The notes: generated by a model not told the origin, from the sequence alone. A stretch of DNA of 64,000 bases from an uncultured Bdellovibrionales bacterium (GCA_964523015.1 CAZFXN010000001.1:76423-140422), one strand, 5' to 3'; positions 29,501 to 38,599 are shown, numbered from the stretch's first letter. Numbers and translations: made by a program.

Positions 29501-30029
29501 AGGGCACAGGAATCAAGTAGTGTCTGACACAGTGCGCCTTGGTTCCTGGATCTGGATGACTGTACTCATGAACGAGATCTTGTCGTTCACCAGTCGCTCG
29601 AACCCAGTACGCGTGACGAGACTGAAAGACAGACCCATCCGCGTAGAATTGGCACGTTGGCTTCATGCCAGTGATTGGATCCGCCCCAGCAAGGAAGGCA
29701 CTTAGCTCCTCTCTTGACAGGTAGCCATCATCGTCACTGCTGAACAGACCGCCGATCTCGCTGGCCAGGTAAGTAATCGGGCCCTCTTCACCGATGCAAA
29801 GGGCGATCACTTCGCCAGCAACGAGGGAGACACCTCCGGTGTAGAGAGCGGTGGTGAAGTACCCCGCGTTGTTGTTGTGCGCGATTGCATTTCCAGCAAT
29901 GCCACCGATGACGGCACCTCCCGTTGAGTACGGGTTTTCGCGGATGTGGTCTTGCGTGGACTGACAACTGGTCAGGCCAAAGCCCAACACCATGATCAGA
30001 AACAGAACTGCTCTTGACGCCAGGTTCAT
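29499..30029 (-). CDS. Lipoprotein with a glycine-zipper segment and an EF-hand-like acidic loop; GC-rich, probably horizontally acquired
   Basis: Lipobox LTSC. GGAVIGGIAGNAIAH...YTGGVSLVAG is a glycine zipper. DDDGYLSREEL looks like a calcium-binding loop. About 55% GC against a roughly 38% background. Confidence 0.55.
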   Translation of the reverse strand: MNLASRAVLFLIMVLGFGLTSCQSTQDHIRENPYSTGGAVIGGIAGNAIAHNNNAGYFTTALYTGGVSLVAGEVIALCIGEEGPITYLASEIGGLFSSDDDGYLSREELSAFLAGADPITGMKPTCQFYADGSVFQSRHAYWVRATGERQDLVHEYSHPDPGTKAHCVRHYLIPVP

Positions 30030-30218
30030 TCGTGCTCCTTCTGGGGGATTCCCAGTGTGGTTATGGTATCTGTGGAAGTGGGGATGAAGATAAAGAAAAA
30101 GACAAAACCGCTAATCTTCCTCTACCCCATAAAGATTTGTAAAAAATCGAAGAGTATTATTATACATTTTTTTAAAGGATTATGCGAATTATCTTATGAA
30201 ATGAAGGAATTTCTTCTT

Positions 30219-30608
30219 TTAAGCGGCTTGCTGTTGTCCCATGCCCCATTTCTTTTCTAACCGACTTATTGCGCCAGAGTGGACCTTTTCAACATTATCT
30301 ATAGTTTGAGCTAGGGTAAAAAGTTGATCCTCAGTTTTTAACTGATTTGGCGATGGCAGTTGCGCTAAAATATTAAAAGCTAATTCTTTTTCAGGGACTA
30401 AGTATTTAGCTGCTGCTGAGAATTTCTCAACAATCAACATAACATCTACAATAATGTTGCAACGAATTGCTAACTGAATATCTTCGTGCAGCTCTTTAAC
30501 AACACGATAGACAAGTTCAGGATAAATTTCACCGGGGTATTGTTTGATGCCGTGAGCCCAGCCATCAATTGCGATCCAAAAAAGTTCTTCTAATGATCTC
30601 TCTTGCAT
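30219..30608 (-). CDS. Hypothetical protein (129 aa)
   Basis: ORF with no recognised domain. It lies tail-to-head with 30647..30955. Confidence 0.4.
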   Translation of the reverse strand: MQERSLEELFWIAIDGWAHGIKQYPGEIYPELVYRVVKELHEDIQLAIRCNIIVDVMLIVEKFSAAAKYLVPEKELAFNILAQLPSPNQLKTEDQLFTLAQTIDNVEKVHSGAISRLEKKWGMGQQQAA

Positions 30609-30646
30609 ATTATTAAAACAAAAACCTAAAAACTATACTGTAAGAG

Positions 30647-30955
30647 TTAGGCAGCTAATCTTAAAGTCGATGCTGCTTCTCTAAATACATTTGCTTGTGC
30701 TGGACGAATCTCATTCAGATCAGCTTCAACACCTGCTGCTCGTTGAAAAGAATCAGTGGTCATCCCCAAAGATGCAGCGAAATCTCCTGCGCTGCTAGCA
30801 ATTTCTGACAACTGATGTCCAATAACTTCGCCTACCATAACATCTCTATCAGGTAGAACACTTCCCACTAATACTTGGTCAGTGTCATGACCAACTCCAG
30901 TGGCAATATTCAAATCATTCAAATCTAAAATCTGGTCTTTTGGTAATTCAGTCAT
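30647..30955 (-). CDS. Hypothetical protein (102 aa)
   Basis: ORF with no recognised domain. Confidence 0.4.
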   Translation of the reverse strand: MTELPKDQILDLNDLNIATGVGHDTDQVLVGSVLPDRDVMVGEVIGHQLSEIASSAGDFAASLGMTTDSFQRAAGVEADLNEIRPAQANVFREAASTLRLAA

Positions 30956-31176
30956 AGATATCTTACTTCCTCGCTCTAACTTCTAGGTGTTCTCTCACTA
31001 AATAGATACATAATTCACCTATACAGATAGAGTTATGGTCATTTCCTATTAATCGGTGTCTTTTAACGGAGTTTTCATATAAAAAGCACTCTATAATGAT
31101 GAATAGATAATATTTTTCGTTTCATATAGAATAATCATTCTAAGGAGTTATACTAGGGTTTAGGATTATAGAGTAA

Positions 31177-32937
31177 ATGAAAAGAGAAGTATCAATAGAG
31201 AGTATTAAAACTAGCTTAGCCGATGCAATCTCAAAGATTGCCACCATCGATAATGCCCTACTCGACAAAGAGGCAGTCTTAAAGCTTCTTACAAAGCCTC
31301 AGCAGAGAGAGCACGGCGATCTCGCTTTTCCTTGTTTTCAGTTAGCAAAAACTTGGAAAGTAGCACCTCCAGAATGTTCAAAAAAATTAATGGCTGATCT
31401 TACACTTCCACTTGGGATCTCTGAAGCAATACCAACCGGTCCGTACTTAAATTTTCGTTATGACAAGCAAACTATCTTTGATGGAGTGATTCCACAGATT
31501 TTAAAGGAGCAACATCTCTACGGCAAAAAAACAGAGAATAATAAAAATTTAATCGTCGAGTACTCCTCTCCTAATATTGCAAAAACTTTTCATGTTGGAC
31601 ATCTCCGTACGACTCTTATTGGTCATTCCTTGGCCCAAATCTATAAGCATCTTGGGTATAATGTTGTTGGCATAAATCACTTAGGAGATTGGGGTACCCA
31701 GTTCGGATTTGTTTGGGCAGGGTGTGAGCTTTGGGGAAAACCTAAAGAGGCCTCTGTCGATTCCTTAGTTGATCTTTACCGAAGAGCTACAAATCTTAAA
31801 AAATCTCAGGATGAAAGTACTGTACCTGAAGAGGATAAAGACAAACCGGATGTCAATCAGATGGCCCGTGATTATTTTATAAAGCTAGAGGCTGGCGATA
31901 AGGACGCACTCTCATTTTGGCAATGGTGCCTTGATGTTTCATTAAAATACCTAACCTCGATGTATGATCGAATGGGAATTAAGTTCGATCATTATACTGG
32001 AGAATCCTTTTATAGAGGCATGCTTAATGAAGTAGAGGATAAGGTCCGAGATAGTCAGATCTTAGAAGAATCCCGCGGGGCACTAGGTGTTGATTGCGGT
32101 AAAAAACTCGGGTTTGCCAGGGTTTTTGCCGAGGATGGTCGCTCTCTTTATATTACTAGAGATATTGCTACGGCCATGTACAGAGAGGAAACCTTTCATC
32201 CGGAAAAGATTTTATACGTTGTTGCTGCCCAGCAATCACTTCATTTTCAACAATTGATCGAGATCCTAAATAGGATGAGTCATCCAGTTGCTAAAAAGAT
32301 GGTTCATGTTTCATTTGGCTTTGTCCCAGGTATGAAAACAAGAGAGGGTGGCGGAATCTCTCTAAAGGAATTCTTAGATGAGTCTCACGATCGTGCACTT
32401 AAGGCATACCGTACAGAGGTTCAAAGGAGACCAGAAGGTACTGATGAGAACGAAATTGCTGAAGCAGTTGCCATAGGATCAATGTACTTTTACTTTTTAG
32501 GAAATAGTAACGTTAAGGATTTTAATTTTAGCTGGGATGAAGCTCTTAACTTTCATGGGGACTCTGGGCCATATCTTCAGTACGCCTATGCTAGAATCAA
32601 TAGTATTGAATTAAAAGCTAAGGCTGCTGGTGTATCAACAGATCTTTTTGATCCAAAACTATTAGTCGAAGACCAAGCATATGATTTAGCATTACTCTTA
32701 ACTGAGTTTAGTGAAGTTGTTGAAAAAGCTGGTCAAGATTATGAGCCTTATTATATCTCTAATTACCTCCTAGATCTCTCTAAGGCGTTTTCCCGTGCTT
32801 ATAAAGAACTTCGTGTTATAGGCGAGGATGTCTCTAAAGAATTAGCCTCTACTAGGCTTGCACTTTTTACGTCTGTTAAGCATGTGCTTGCCTCCGGATT
32901 AAAACTACTCGGTGTCCCTTTAGTGGAGAAAATGTGA
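31177..32937 (+). CDS. argS: Arginine--tRNA ligase
   Basis: Has SSPNIAKTFHVGHLRTTLIG (HIGH region) and a C-terminal DALR anticodon-binding region. Confidence 0.95.
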   Translation: MKREVSIESIKTSLADAISKIATIDNALLDKEAVLKLLTKPQQREHGDLAFPCFQLAKTWKVAPPECSKKLMADLTLPLGISEAIPTGPYLNFRYDKQTIFDGVIPQILKEQHLYGKKTENNKNLIVEYSSPNIAKTFHVGHLRTTLIGHSLAQIYKHLGYNVVGINHLGDWGTQFGFVWAGCELWGKPKEASVDSLVDLYRRATNLKKSQDESTVPEEDKDKPDVNQMARDYFIKLEAGDKDALSFWQWCLDVSLKYLTSMYDRMGIKFDHYTGESFYRGMLNEVEDKVRDSQILEESRGALGVDCGKKLGFARVFAEDGRSLYITRDIATAMYREETFHPEKILYVVAAQQSLHFQQLIEILNRMSHPVAKKMVHVSFGFVPGMKTREGGGISLKEFLDESHDRALKAYRTEVQRRPEGTDENEIAEAVAIGSMYFYFLGNSNVKDFNFSWDEALNFHGDSGPYLQYAYARINSIELKAKAAGVSTDLFDPKLLVEDQAYDLALLLTEFSEVVEKAGQDYEPYYISNYLLDLSKAFSRAYKELRVIGEDVSKELASTRLALFTSVKHVLASGLKLLGVPLVEKM

Positions 32938-33437
32938 GTAACAGTATTACTTCAACACAGAACTTAACATTAGATGAAGTGTTACGTCGGTTCTCTGGTG
33001 GACAGCAAACAGGAGTCTTTACTGATGGATCGTGCCATGGCAACCCAGGTCCAGGCGGTTGGGGAGCTGTTCATGTAGCTGATGGCAAAGTCATCGATCA
33101 ACAACATGGTCATGCCAAGCAAACAACAAATAACCAGATGGAGTTAACCGCCCTAATTGCTGCGTATAAAATGCTGCCAAAGGACTCCACTCTCTCCATC
33201 TATACTGACAGTAACCTCTGTGTTCAAACAATTAATGAATGGGCCAAAGGCTGGCAAGCTCGTGGATGGAAGCGCAAATCTGGGCCGATCGCAAACCTAG
33301 AGTTAGTAAAAGAGCTTTATCAGCAATCTTTAGTTCATCCAAAAGTTAAATTAACCTGGACTAAAGCCCATTGTGGCGATGTTTGGAATGAATATGCTGA
33401 TTCATTAGCAAATGCTTGGGCACGTGAAACGCTATAA
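32934..33437 (+). CDS. rnhA: Ribonuclease HI
   Basis: VFTDGSC.GNPGPGGWG...ELTAL...IYTDS...W...KAHCGD.WNE.AD matches the RNase H catalytic DEDD pattern. Its GTG start overlaps the argS stop. Confidence 0.85.
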   Translation: MSNSITSTQNLTLDEVLRRFSGGQQTGVFTDGSCHGNPGPGGWGAVHVADGKVIDQQHGHAKQTTNNQMELTALIAAYKMLPKDSTLSIYTDSNLCVQTINEWAKGWQARGWKRKSGPIANLELVKELYQQSLVHPKVKLTWTKAHCGDVWNEYADSLANAWARETL

Positions 33438-33484
33438 ATTACAGAGATAATTACAGAGATAAATTTAAGAGAGATTGTAACTAG

Positions 33485-35248
33485 ATGTCAGAAAAGACTG
33501 AAAAGAAAGAGAAGTTTAATCTCACTCTAGCCATTTTGCGGTTAGCTAAACCTTACAGAAATGAACTTATTGTTGGTATGCTTTTTCTCTTAGGTGGCAG
33601 TGGTATTAATCTATTGTTTCCTGAAATTATCCGACGCTTACTAAATTCTGATAATGCTGCTCTCCTTACTGAACATACAGCTTTAGTCATCTCTGGACTC
33701 TTAGGACTGATTGTTATTCAAGGGATCTGTTTTTATGTAAGGTCCTTTGTCTTTGGTTTTGTAGGACATAAGGCTGTCGCCCAACTCCGTAAAGATCTGT
33801 ACGCCTCCCTTGTCGGACAAGACATTATGTTTTTTGATAAAGAGAGAGCCGGCGATCTTGTTTCTCGTTTAGCCTCTGATACAGTTTTAATGCAAGCTGC
33901 AGTGAGTATTAATATCTCAGTTTTTATTCGGTACGCTATTCAGGTGTTAGTCGGTATTATTTTAATGACCTGGATCTCTCCCAAACTAACCTTAGTTATA
34001 GTTGTAATTTTACCAATTATGATCGGGATTTTTGCCGTACTTGGCAAACGACTCCGTAGTGCATCAAAAAAGATGCATGCTGAATTGGGCACAGCAAACA
34101 TGGTAGCTGAAGAAACCCTTTACGGCATTCGTACTGTGAAAGCTTTTAGTAAAGAGAGCTATGAAAAAGGACGGTACGGCAAGAGTATTGATAATACTCT
34201 TAGCCTAGCTAAAGAGAGGACCTGGGTAGCTGCATTTTTCGCTTCTTTTTCTAGCGTCTTAATGAATACCGCCATTGTTATAATTTTATGGTTCGGTATT
34301 GCATTAATGAGTACTGGAAATATGTCCATCGGCGATCTAACTGCATTTTTGCTTTACGGAGTAATCGTTGCTGTTTCATTTGCATTTCTATCTGGGACCT
34401 ACGCTGAATTTTCTCAGGCACTTGGTGCCGCTGAACGGATCTTTGATATTCTAAAAAGAGGAACCAACATTGAGGGCCAAGATAAAATTTCATCTATTTT
34501 AAGTATTACAAAAGGCAAAATTGAATTTAGTAACGTTTCATTTGCTTATCCAACACGAATAGAAAAAGAGGTTTTAAGTAATATCTCTTTTACTGTTAAT
34601 AGAGGGGAATCAATTGCCCTTGTTGGCCCATCTGGTGGTGGTAAAACTACAATTGTTAGCTTACTCCTCAGATACTACGATCCTACCTCTGGTCTTATCA
34701 AAATTGATGATAACGATATCCGAACCTTTAATACCGTTGATTTAAGAAATGAGATGGCAATCGTCGCTCAAGATCCGGAGATTTTTTCAGTAACAATTGA
34801 AGAGATTTTACGGTACGGCAAAATGGAAGCTTCTGATCAAGAGATTAGAGAAGCTTGTAAGGATGCTAACATTTTAGACTTCGTTGACTCACTACCTAAA
34901 AAACTCAATACCCATGTTGGAGATAAGGGAATTCAATTAAGTGGTGGACAGAAACAACGATTGGCAATCGCTAGAGCCATCTTAAAAAACCCAAAGATAT
35001 TAATCTTAGATGAAGCTACCTCTGCTCTTGATAGTGCTAATGAAGAGCTTGTTCAAAATGCTCTCACCAAACTAATGAGAGATAGAACAACCATTGTAAT
35101 TGCTCATAGACTCTCAACCGTTAAAAACGTGAATCGAATACTTGTTTTAAATGAGGGTTCTATCGTTGAAACTGGAAATCATGAAGATCTTATCATCAAA
35201 GAGGGTCTCTATAAGGACTTAGTTGAAAGGCAACAGCTACATAGCTAA
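33485..35248 (+). CDS. ABC transporter permease/ATPase fusion (MsbA-like exporter)
   Basis: Six TM helices plus Walker A GPSGGGKTT, the signature LSGGQKQR, and Walker B ILILDEATSALD. Confidence 0.85.
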   Translation: MSEKTEKKEKFNLTLAILRLAKPYRNELIVGMLFLLGGSGINLLFPEIIRRLLNSDNAALLTEHTALVISGLLGLIVIQGICFYVRSFVFGFVGHKAVAQLRKDLYASLVGQDIMFFDKERAGDLVSRLASDTVLMQAAVSINISVFIRYAIQVLVGIILMTWISPKLTLVIVVILPIMIGIFAVLGKRLRSASKKMHAELGTANMVAEETLYGIRTVKAFSKESYEKGRYGKSIDNTLSLAKERTWVAAFFASFSSVLMNTAIVIILWFGIALMSTGNMSIGDLTAFLLYGVIVAVSFAFLSGTYAEFSQALGAAERIFDILKRGTNIEGQDKISSILSITKGKIEFSNVSFAYPTRIEKEVLSNISFTVNRGESIALVGPSGGGKTTIVSLLLRYYDPTSGLIKIDDNDIRTFNTVDLRNEMAIVAQDPEIFSVTIEEILRYGKMEASDQEIREACKDANILDFVDSLPKKLNTHVGDKGIQLSGGQKQRLAIARAILKNPKILILDEATSALDSANEELVQNALTKLMRDRTTIVIAHRLSTVKNVNRILVLNEGSIVETGNHEDLIIKEGLYKDLVERQQLHS

Positions 35249-35372
35249 TTGTTACTAAATTAGCTGATTGATAATTCCTACAACTAATCAAGCAGACTTC
35301 ACATCATAAGAGATGCCCGTATAAGAGTTCGAAATGGGCACAAATTAAATCTGCTTAAGATTACGGCTAAAA

Positions 35373-36056
35373 ATGTCACTTAACGTATTAATTATTGATG
35401 ATGATGCCTCTTTTCGCCATCTAGTTGAGCTTAGAATCAAAAAAATTGATCCAGTTCTTTATGTTACTGCATTTGAAAATCTCAAATCAGCCAGAGAGTT
35501 TTTAAGAAGCGTAACTCCTGAGTTTGATCTAGTTGTTCTAGACCAACATCTACCAGATGGACGAGGACTTGAATTATTAAAAGAGGGTGCGCTTGCTGAC
35601 CTAGCGGTCCTTGCAGTTAGCTCTGATGACAATCCTCAAATACCTGGCGCAACGATTGAAGCAGGAGCAACATTCTTTTTAAACAAAATGCATATCTCTG
35701 AACCACTCTTTGAACCTCTTGTTCGTGGTGTCATTGAGAGAAACAGACTCTTTAGAGAGTTAATAAATGCAAAGATAAAAAATGCCCAATTTGATACTAT
35801 GAAAACTCTCGTTGCCACCTTACGTCATGAAATAAATAACCCTCTTGGTGCGGTTATGGGAGCAGCTTTTCTTGTAAAATCAGCTGCCAGTCTTTCCGCC
35901 GATGAGAAACAGGCTGCTGAAATTATTGAATCAAGCGGACATCGAATTAATCATGTGTTAAAGCAGCTCTGTGAAGCTGCACTTGATGGGCCAATGGAGA
36001 AGAGCCACGAAAAAGTATTTCACATCCCTGGCGACAAACCATGGGAACAGAAGTAA
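35373..36056 (+). CDS. Response-regulator receiver domain fused to a HisKA-like phosphoacceptor (DHp) domain, with no HATPase domain
   Basis: The receiver domain is VLIIDDDASFRHL...DLVVLDQHLPDG. A coiled coil is followed by the H-box TLRHEINNPLGAV. No ATP-binding N/G boxes follow. Confidence 0.55.
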   Translation: MSLNVLIIDDDASFRHLVELRIKKIDPVLYVTAFENLKSAREFLRSVTPEFDLVVLDQHLPDGRGLELLKEGALADLAVLAVSSDDNPQIPGATIEAGATFFLNKMHISEPLFEPLVRGVIERNRLFRELINAKIKNAQFDTMKTLVATLRHEINNPLGAVMGAAFLVKSAASLSADEKQAAEIIESSGHRINHVLKQLCEAALDGPMEKSHEKVFHIPGDKPWEQK

Positions 36057-36168
36057 CGTTACGAATCAAAAGTTTCGCGCTCTATTGAAATTTAATCAAC
36101 TACCTTAGCTAAAAACGCGAAATCTTTTGGATTCTCTTGTTATACCGTTCTGTGCTATACTAGATCAT

Positions 36169-36384
36169 ATGTCAAAAGTAGTGCATTCCGATCCTGAAAT
36201 TTTGAGTGGCACTCCCGTGTTTGTAGGCACACGCGTACCCGTAAAAAATTTATTCGATTACCTTAAATCCGGAGAATCGATTGACGGATTTATTGACGAT
36301 TTTCCATCAGTTACACAGATACAAGTTCTCGACTTTCTAAAAGAACTCCAGGCCCAAGCCACAAAAGGTCGTCAAGCCGCATGA
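36169..36384 (+). CDS. DUF433 protein (putative antitoxin-like partner). The ORF track lists a TTG at 36127; the ATG at 36169 gives the typical ~71 aa.
   Basis: ...PEILSGTPVFVGTRVPVKNLFDYLKSGESIDGFIDDFPSVTQIQVLDFL is the DUF433 signature. Confidence 0.55.
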   Translation: MSKVVHSDPEILSGTPVFVGTRVPVKNLFDYLKSGESIDGFIDDFPSVTQIQVLDFLKELQAQATKGRQAA

Positions 36385-36698
36385 GAGTTTTGATCGATGA
36401 ATGTCTTCCAAGGAAACTAAGGCTCCTTTTGGTTGGGCATGAAACTGTTACCGTTACTCAAGCAGGGTGGATGGGAATTAAAAATGGAAAATTACTTGAA
36501 TTAGCTCAAGATGGTTTTGATGTTTTTATTACGATCGACCAAAATCTGGCTGCACAACAACATCTTCCTAAATTCAAGATTGCTGTGATCGTTATCGAAG
36601 CAAACTCTAATGAACTAGAACAGCTTGTGCCACTAGTTCCAAAACTACTCGAATTATTAGCCAAACCGATCTCTGGCGTACATCGCTTAGCGGCATAG
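36381..36698 (+). CDS. DUF5615 (PIN-like, Mut7-C-related) protein, the usual partner of DUF433
   Basis: MRVLIDECLPRKL... and its start overlaps the DUF433 stop by 4 bp. DUF433-DUF5615 is a recurrent two-gene module. Confidence 0.55.
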   Translation: MRVLIDECLPRKLRLLLVGHETVTVTQAGWMGIKNGKLLELAQDGFDVFITIDQNLAAQQHLPKFKIAVIVIEANSNELEQLVPLVPKLLELLAKPISGVHRLAA

Positions 36699-36748
36699 CG
36701 TTTAGGCTGAATCCTATTAATCCTATCCTATTAATCCTACAAAAACTA

Positions 36749-37075
36749 TTACGCAGCCTCTATCAAAGGTTCACTAGCTTCTAAGATCTCAACTACCTTG
36801 TCGGAAGTGCATATCACACAATGTTGTAGATTTACCCAAGGTAGACTAGTTCCATGCTCAGAGCTTCTGAGCCAATGTGAGTCCTTAAGTGTGAAAGTGT
36901 TTCCGTCCGAGGTACAGGCAAGCAGATCTTTGTTTATGTGGTCTTCGACTCTTAGAGTTCGGTAACTAAGAACATCCCTAAATGTTATTCGCACATCGAT
37001 TTCTAGGGGCAGCGCATTGGTCACAACTCGAACCGCGATTTGGCCGTCGTCGAACAGAAGTAACACTAAAAACAC
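36749..37075 (-). CDS. Hypothetical ORF, doubtful
   Basis: An ORF in a locally GC-richer segment. It competes with a plus-strand ORF at 36982..37206. There is no domain support. Confidence 0.15.
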   Translation of the reverse strand: MFLVLLLFDDGQIAVRVVTNALPLEIDVRITFRDVLSYRTLRVEDHINKDLLACTSDGNTFTLKDSHWLRSSEHGTSLPWVNLQHCVICTSDKVVEILEASEPLIEAA

Positions 37076-37254
37076 AGGAGGACGCGGAATACGCGGAGTT
37101 AGGAAATCACAAGGAAAAGTACTATCTCAAACACCTCCGAGAACTACCGCGCTCTCCTGTGTTAATCCCAAATAGAATCACCACTGACCTACATCAACAA
37201 ATATAACAATCAGATTAGTTCTACTAAAGCGTTATACTAAAGTGCTAGTGAATA

Positions 37255-37779
37255 CTAAAGAATCGTACCAGAAAATGGCAACAAGCCAACATTCTGTGAT
37301 CTTTTAATAGCTCGTGCGATTCTTCTTTGGTTGTATGCACTCAACCCTGTCAGACGTCTTGGTAAAATTCTGCCACGCTCACTTAAGAAACGGGAAAGAA
37401 CTCTGACATCACGGAAATCAATTTTTAAATTTGGATTCTCTTCGAATGGATCAGCTTTTCTTTTCTTTCTAAAAAACAGAACTCGCTGCATTGGTTGCAG
37501 AAATTGCTGTGGCTCATGAGTTGCTGCCTTTTTGCCTCTATCCTCAGCAACACTTACTGGGCGACCATTAAACACTTTGCCATTTAACTGCTCAGTTGCT
37601 TTAACTGCATCCTCTGGAACTGCCATCTCAATAAAGCAATATCCACGTGACTTGCCAGTCTCTCGATCAGTTACAAGTGTAATATTAACGACAGGACCAA
37701 CTTCTGAGAAAATCTTTTTAAGATCTTCAATCTTAAGTTCAAAATCAAGGTTACTTACAAACAGCTTATTATTGGACAT
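37255..37779 (-). CDS. rpsR: RRM (RNA-recognition motif) domain fused in frame to a complete ribosomal protein bS18
   Basis: The N-terminus has RNP2 LFVSNL and RNP1 RGYCFIEM, a canonical RRM. The C-terminal 70 aa, FFRKKRKADPFEENPNLKIDFRDVRVLSRFLSERGRILPRRLTGLSAYNQRRIARAIKRSQNVGLLPF, aligns end to end with bacterial S18 (YFRRRKFCRF...IDYKD...[40 protein letters not shown]). Confidence 0.8.
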   Translation of the reverse strand: MSNNKLFVSNLDFELKIEDLKKIFSEVGPVVNITLVTDRETGKSRGYCFIEMAVPEDAVKATEQLNGKVFNGRPVSVAEDRGKKAATHEPQQFLQPMQRVLFFRKKRKADPFEENPNLKIDFRDVRVLSRFLSERGRILPRRLTGLSAYNQRRIARAIKRSQNVGLLPFSGTIL

Positions 37780-38123
37780 AGCAACAAATCACAGAAAAAA
37801 AATTAAACTAATGAAAGTCAAACTAATTAAAAATCAAACCAAATATCTCCAAACAAATTGGCAAACAATTTAATAGCTTGGAGGTGCGGATACTAAATAA
37901 CACTGCATAAAAAGTCAAGGAAGCCGGAGGCAATCCTAAATTTACAAAATTAGGTTTGATCAATCAAAACACCCAGATCCATTTTAAATCAGAAATGAGC
38001 TACTTACGTAAGTGTTACACATATTTTTACCTTCCCAACTTCTTTAATATATTGACCAAGTAACTTTAAGTAGCTAAAAGCTTTAGTTGAGTTAAACCTA
38101 CTTGGTTTTACTAGTTGTAACGA

Positions 38124-38486
38124 TTGAATTTTTTGTGGGTGGGGGCCAATAAGCTTATGAGTACAGCATCTGCGGCAAGTGGTTTTTTCAATCCGAACGG
38201 ATCAGATCAACAGTTAGCACCATCACCAGTCAAGCCTGAGAGAAATCTCTTGGCTGCGGTTTTGGCTAGAGCGATTTGTGATGCATTCGGTTCAGCTCAG
38301 TGCGATAGACATGAGGTGAGAAGTGCTCGCCAGTGGCTTTTCGGTCAACTGACACCTAAACTACCTTTTAGCTTTGCTTGGGTAGCAATTCATTTAGACC
38401 TTGATCCTGTATCACTTCAACTGACACTTAGAAACTACGAAGGCAATCCTGATATGATTCAGGAAAGACTAAATTTCTTAAGGTAG
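38124..38486 (+). CDS. Hypothetical protein (120 aa)
   Basis: An ORF followed by a clear intrinsic terminator. Confidence 0.35.
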   Translation: MNFLWVGANKLMSTASAASGFFNPNGSDQQLAPSPVKPERNLLAAVLARAICDAFGSAQCDRHEVRSARQWLFGQLTPKLPFSFAWVAIHLDLDPVSLQLTLRNYEGNPDMIQERLNFLR

Positions 38487-38571
38487 TTTTCCTAAAATAG
38501 TGCTTCCTAAGATAGTTTCCTAAGATAGTACAGCCGAAGATAGAAACATCTTCTCGCAAATATAAATTGAA

Positions 38572-38599
38572 AGAGCCCACTACTAAGCGGGCTCTTTTT
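38572..38599 (+). terminator. Rho-independent terminator (agagccc-N10-gggctct followed by ttttt)
   Basis: A 7 bp GC-rich stem with a T5 run, 86 nt after the 38124..38486 stop. Confidence 0.6.

Noticed and set aside
29454-29705. Plus-strand 83 aa ORF beginning MILLRTILRTILRTIL
   Set aside because: It lies antisense to the GC-rich lipoprotein gene. The LRTI repeat is simply the 12 bp tandem DNA repeat read in frame. There is no RBS and no domain.
30057-30260. 67 aa plus-strand ORF
   Set aside because: It lies in an AT-rich intergenic region and has low-complexity lysine-rich composition. Most likely spurious.
36982-37206. Plus-strand 74 aa ORF
   Set aside because: It overlaps an equally weak minus-strand ORF. 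There is no domain and no RBS. The region is probably a non-coding or decayed segment between the DUF5615 gene and the RRM-bS18 gene.
38487-38560. A short cctaagatag-like repeat cluster and a gaagat/atcttc hairpin after gene 38124..38486
   Set aside because: The units are too short and irregular to call a defined repeat family. They are probably part of the 3' UTR before the terminator.
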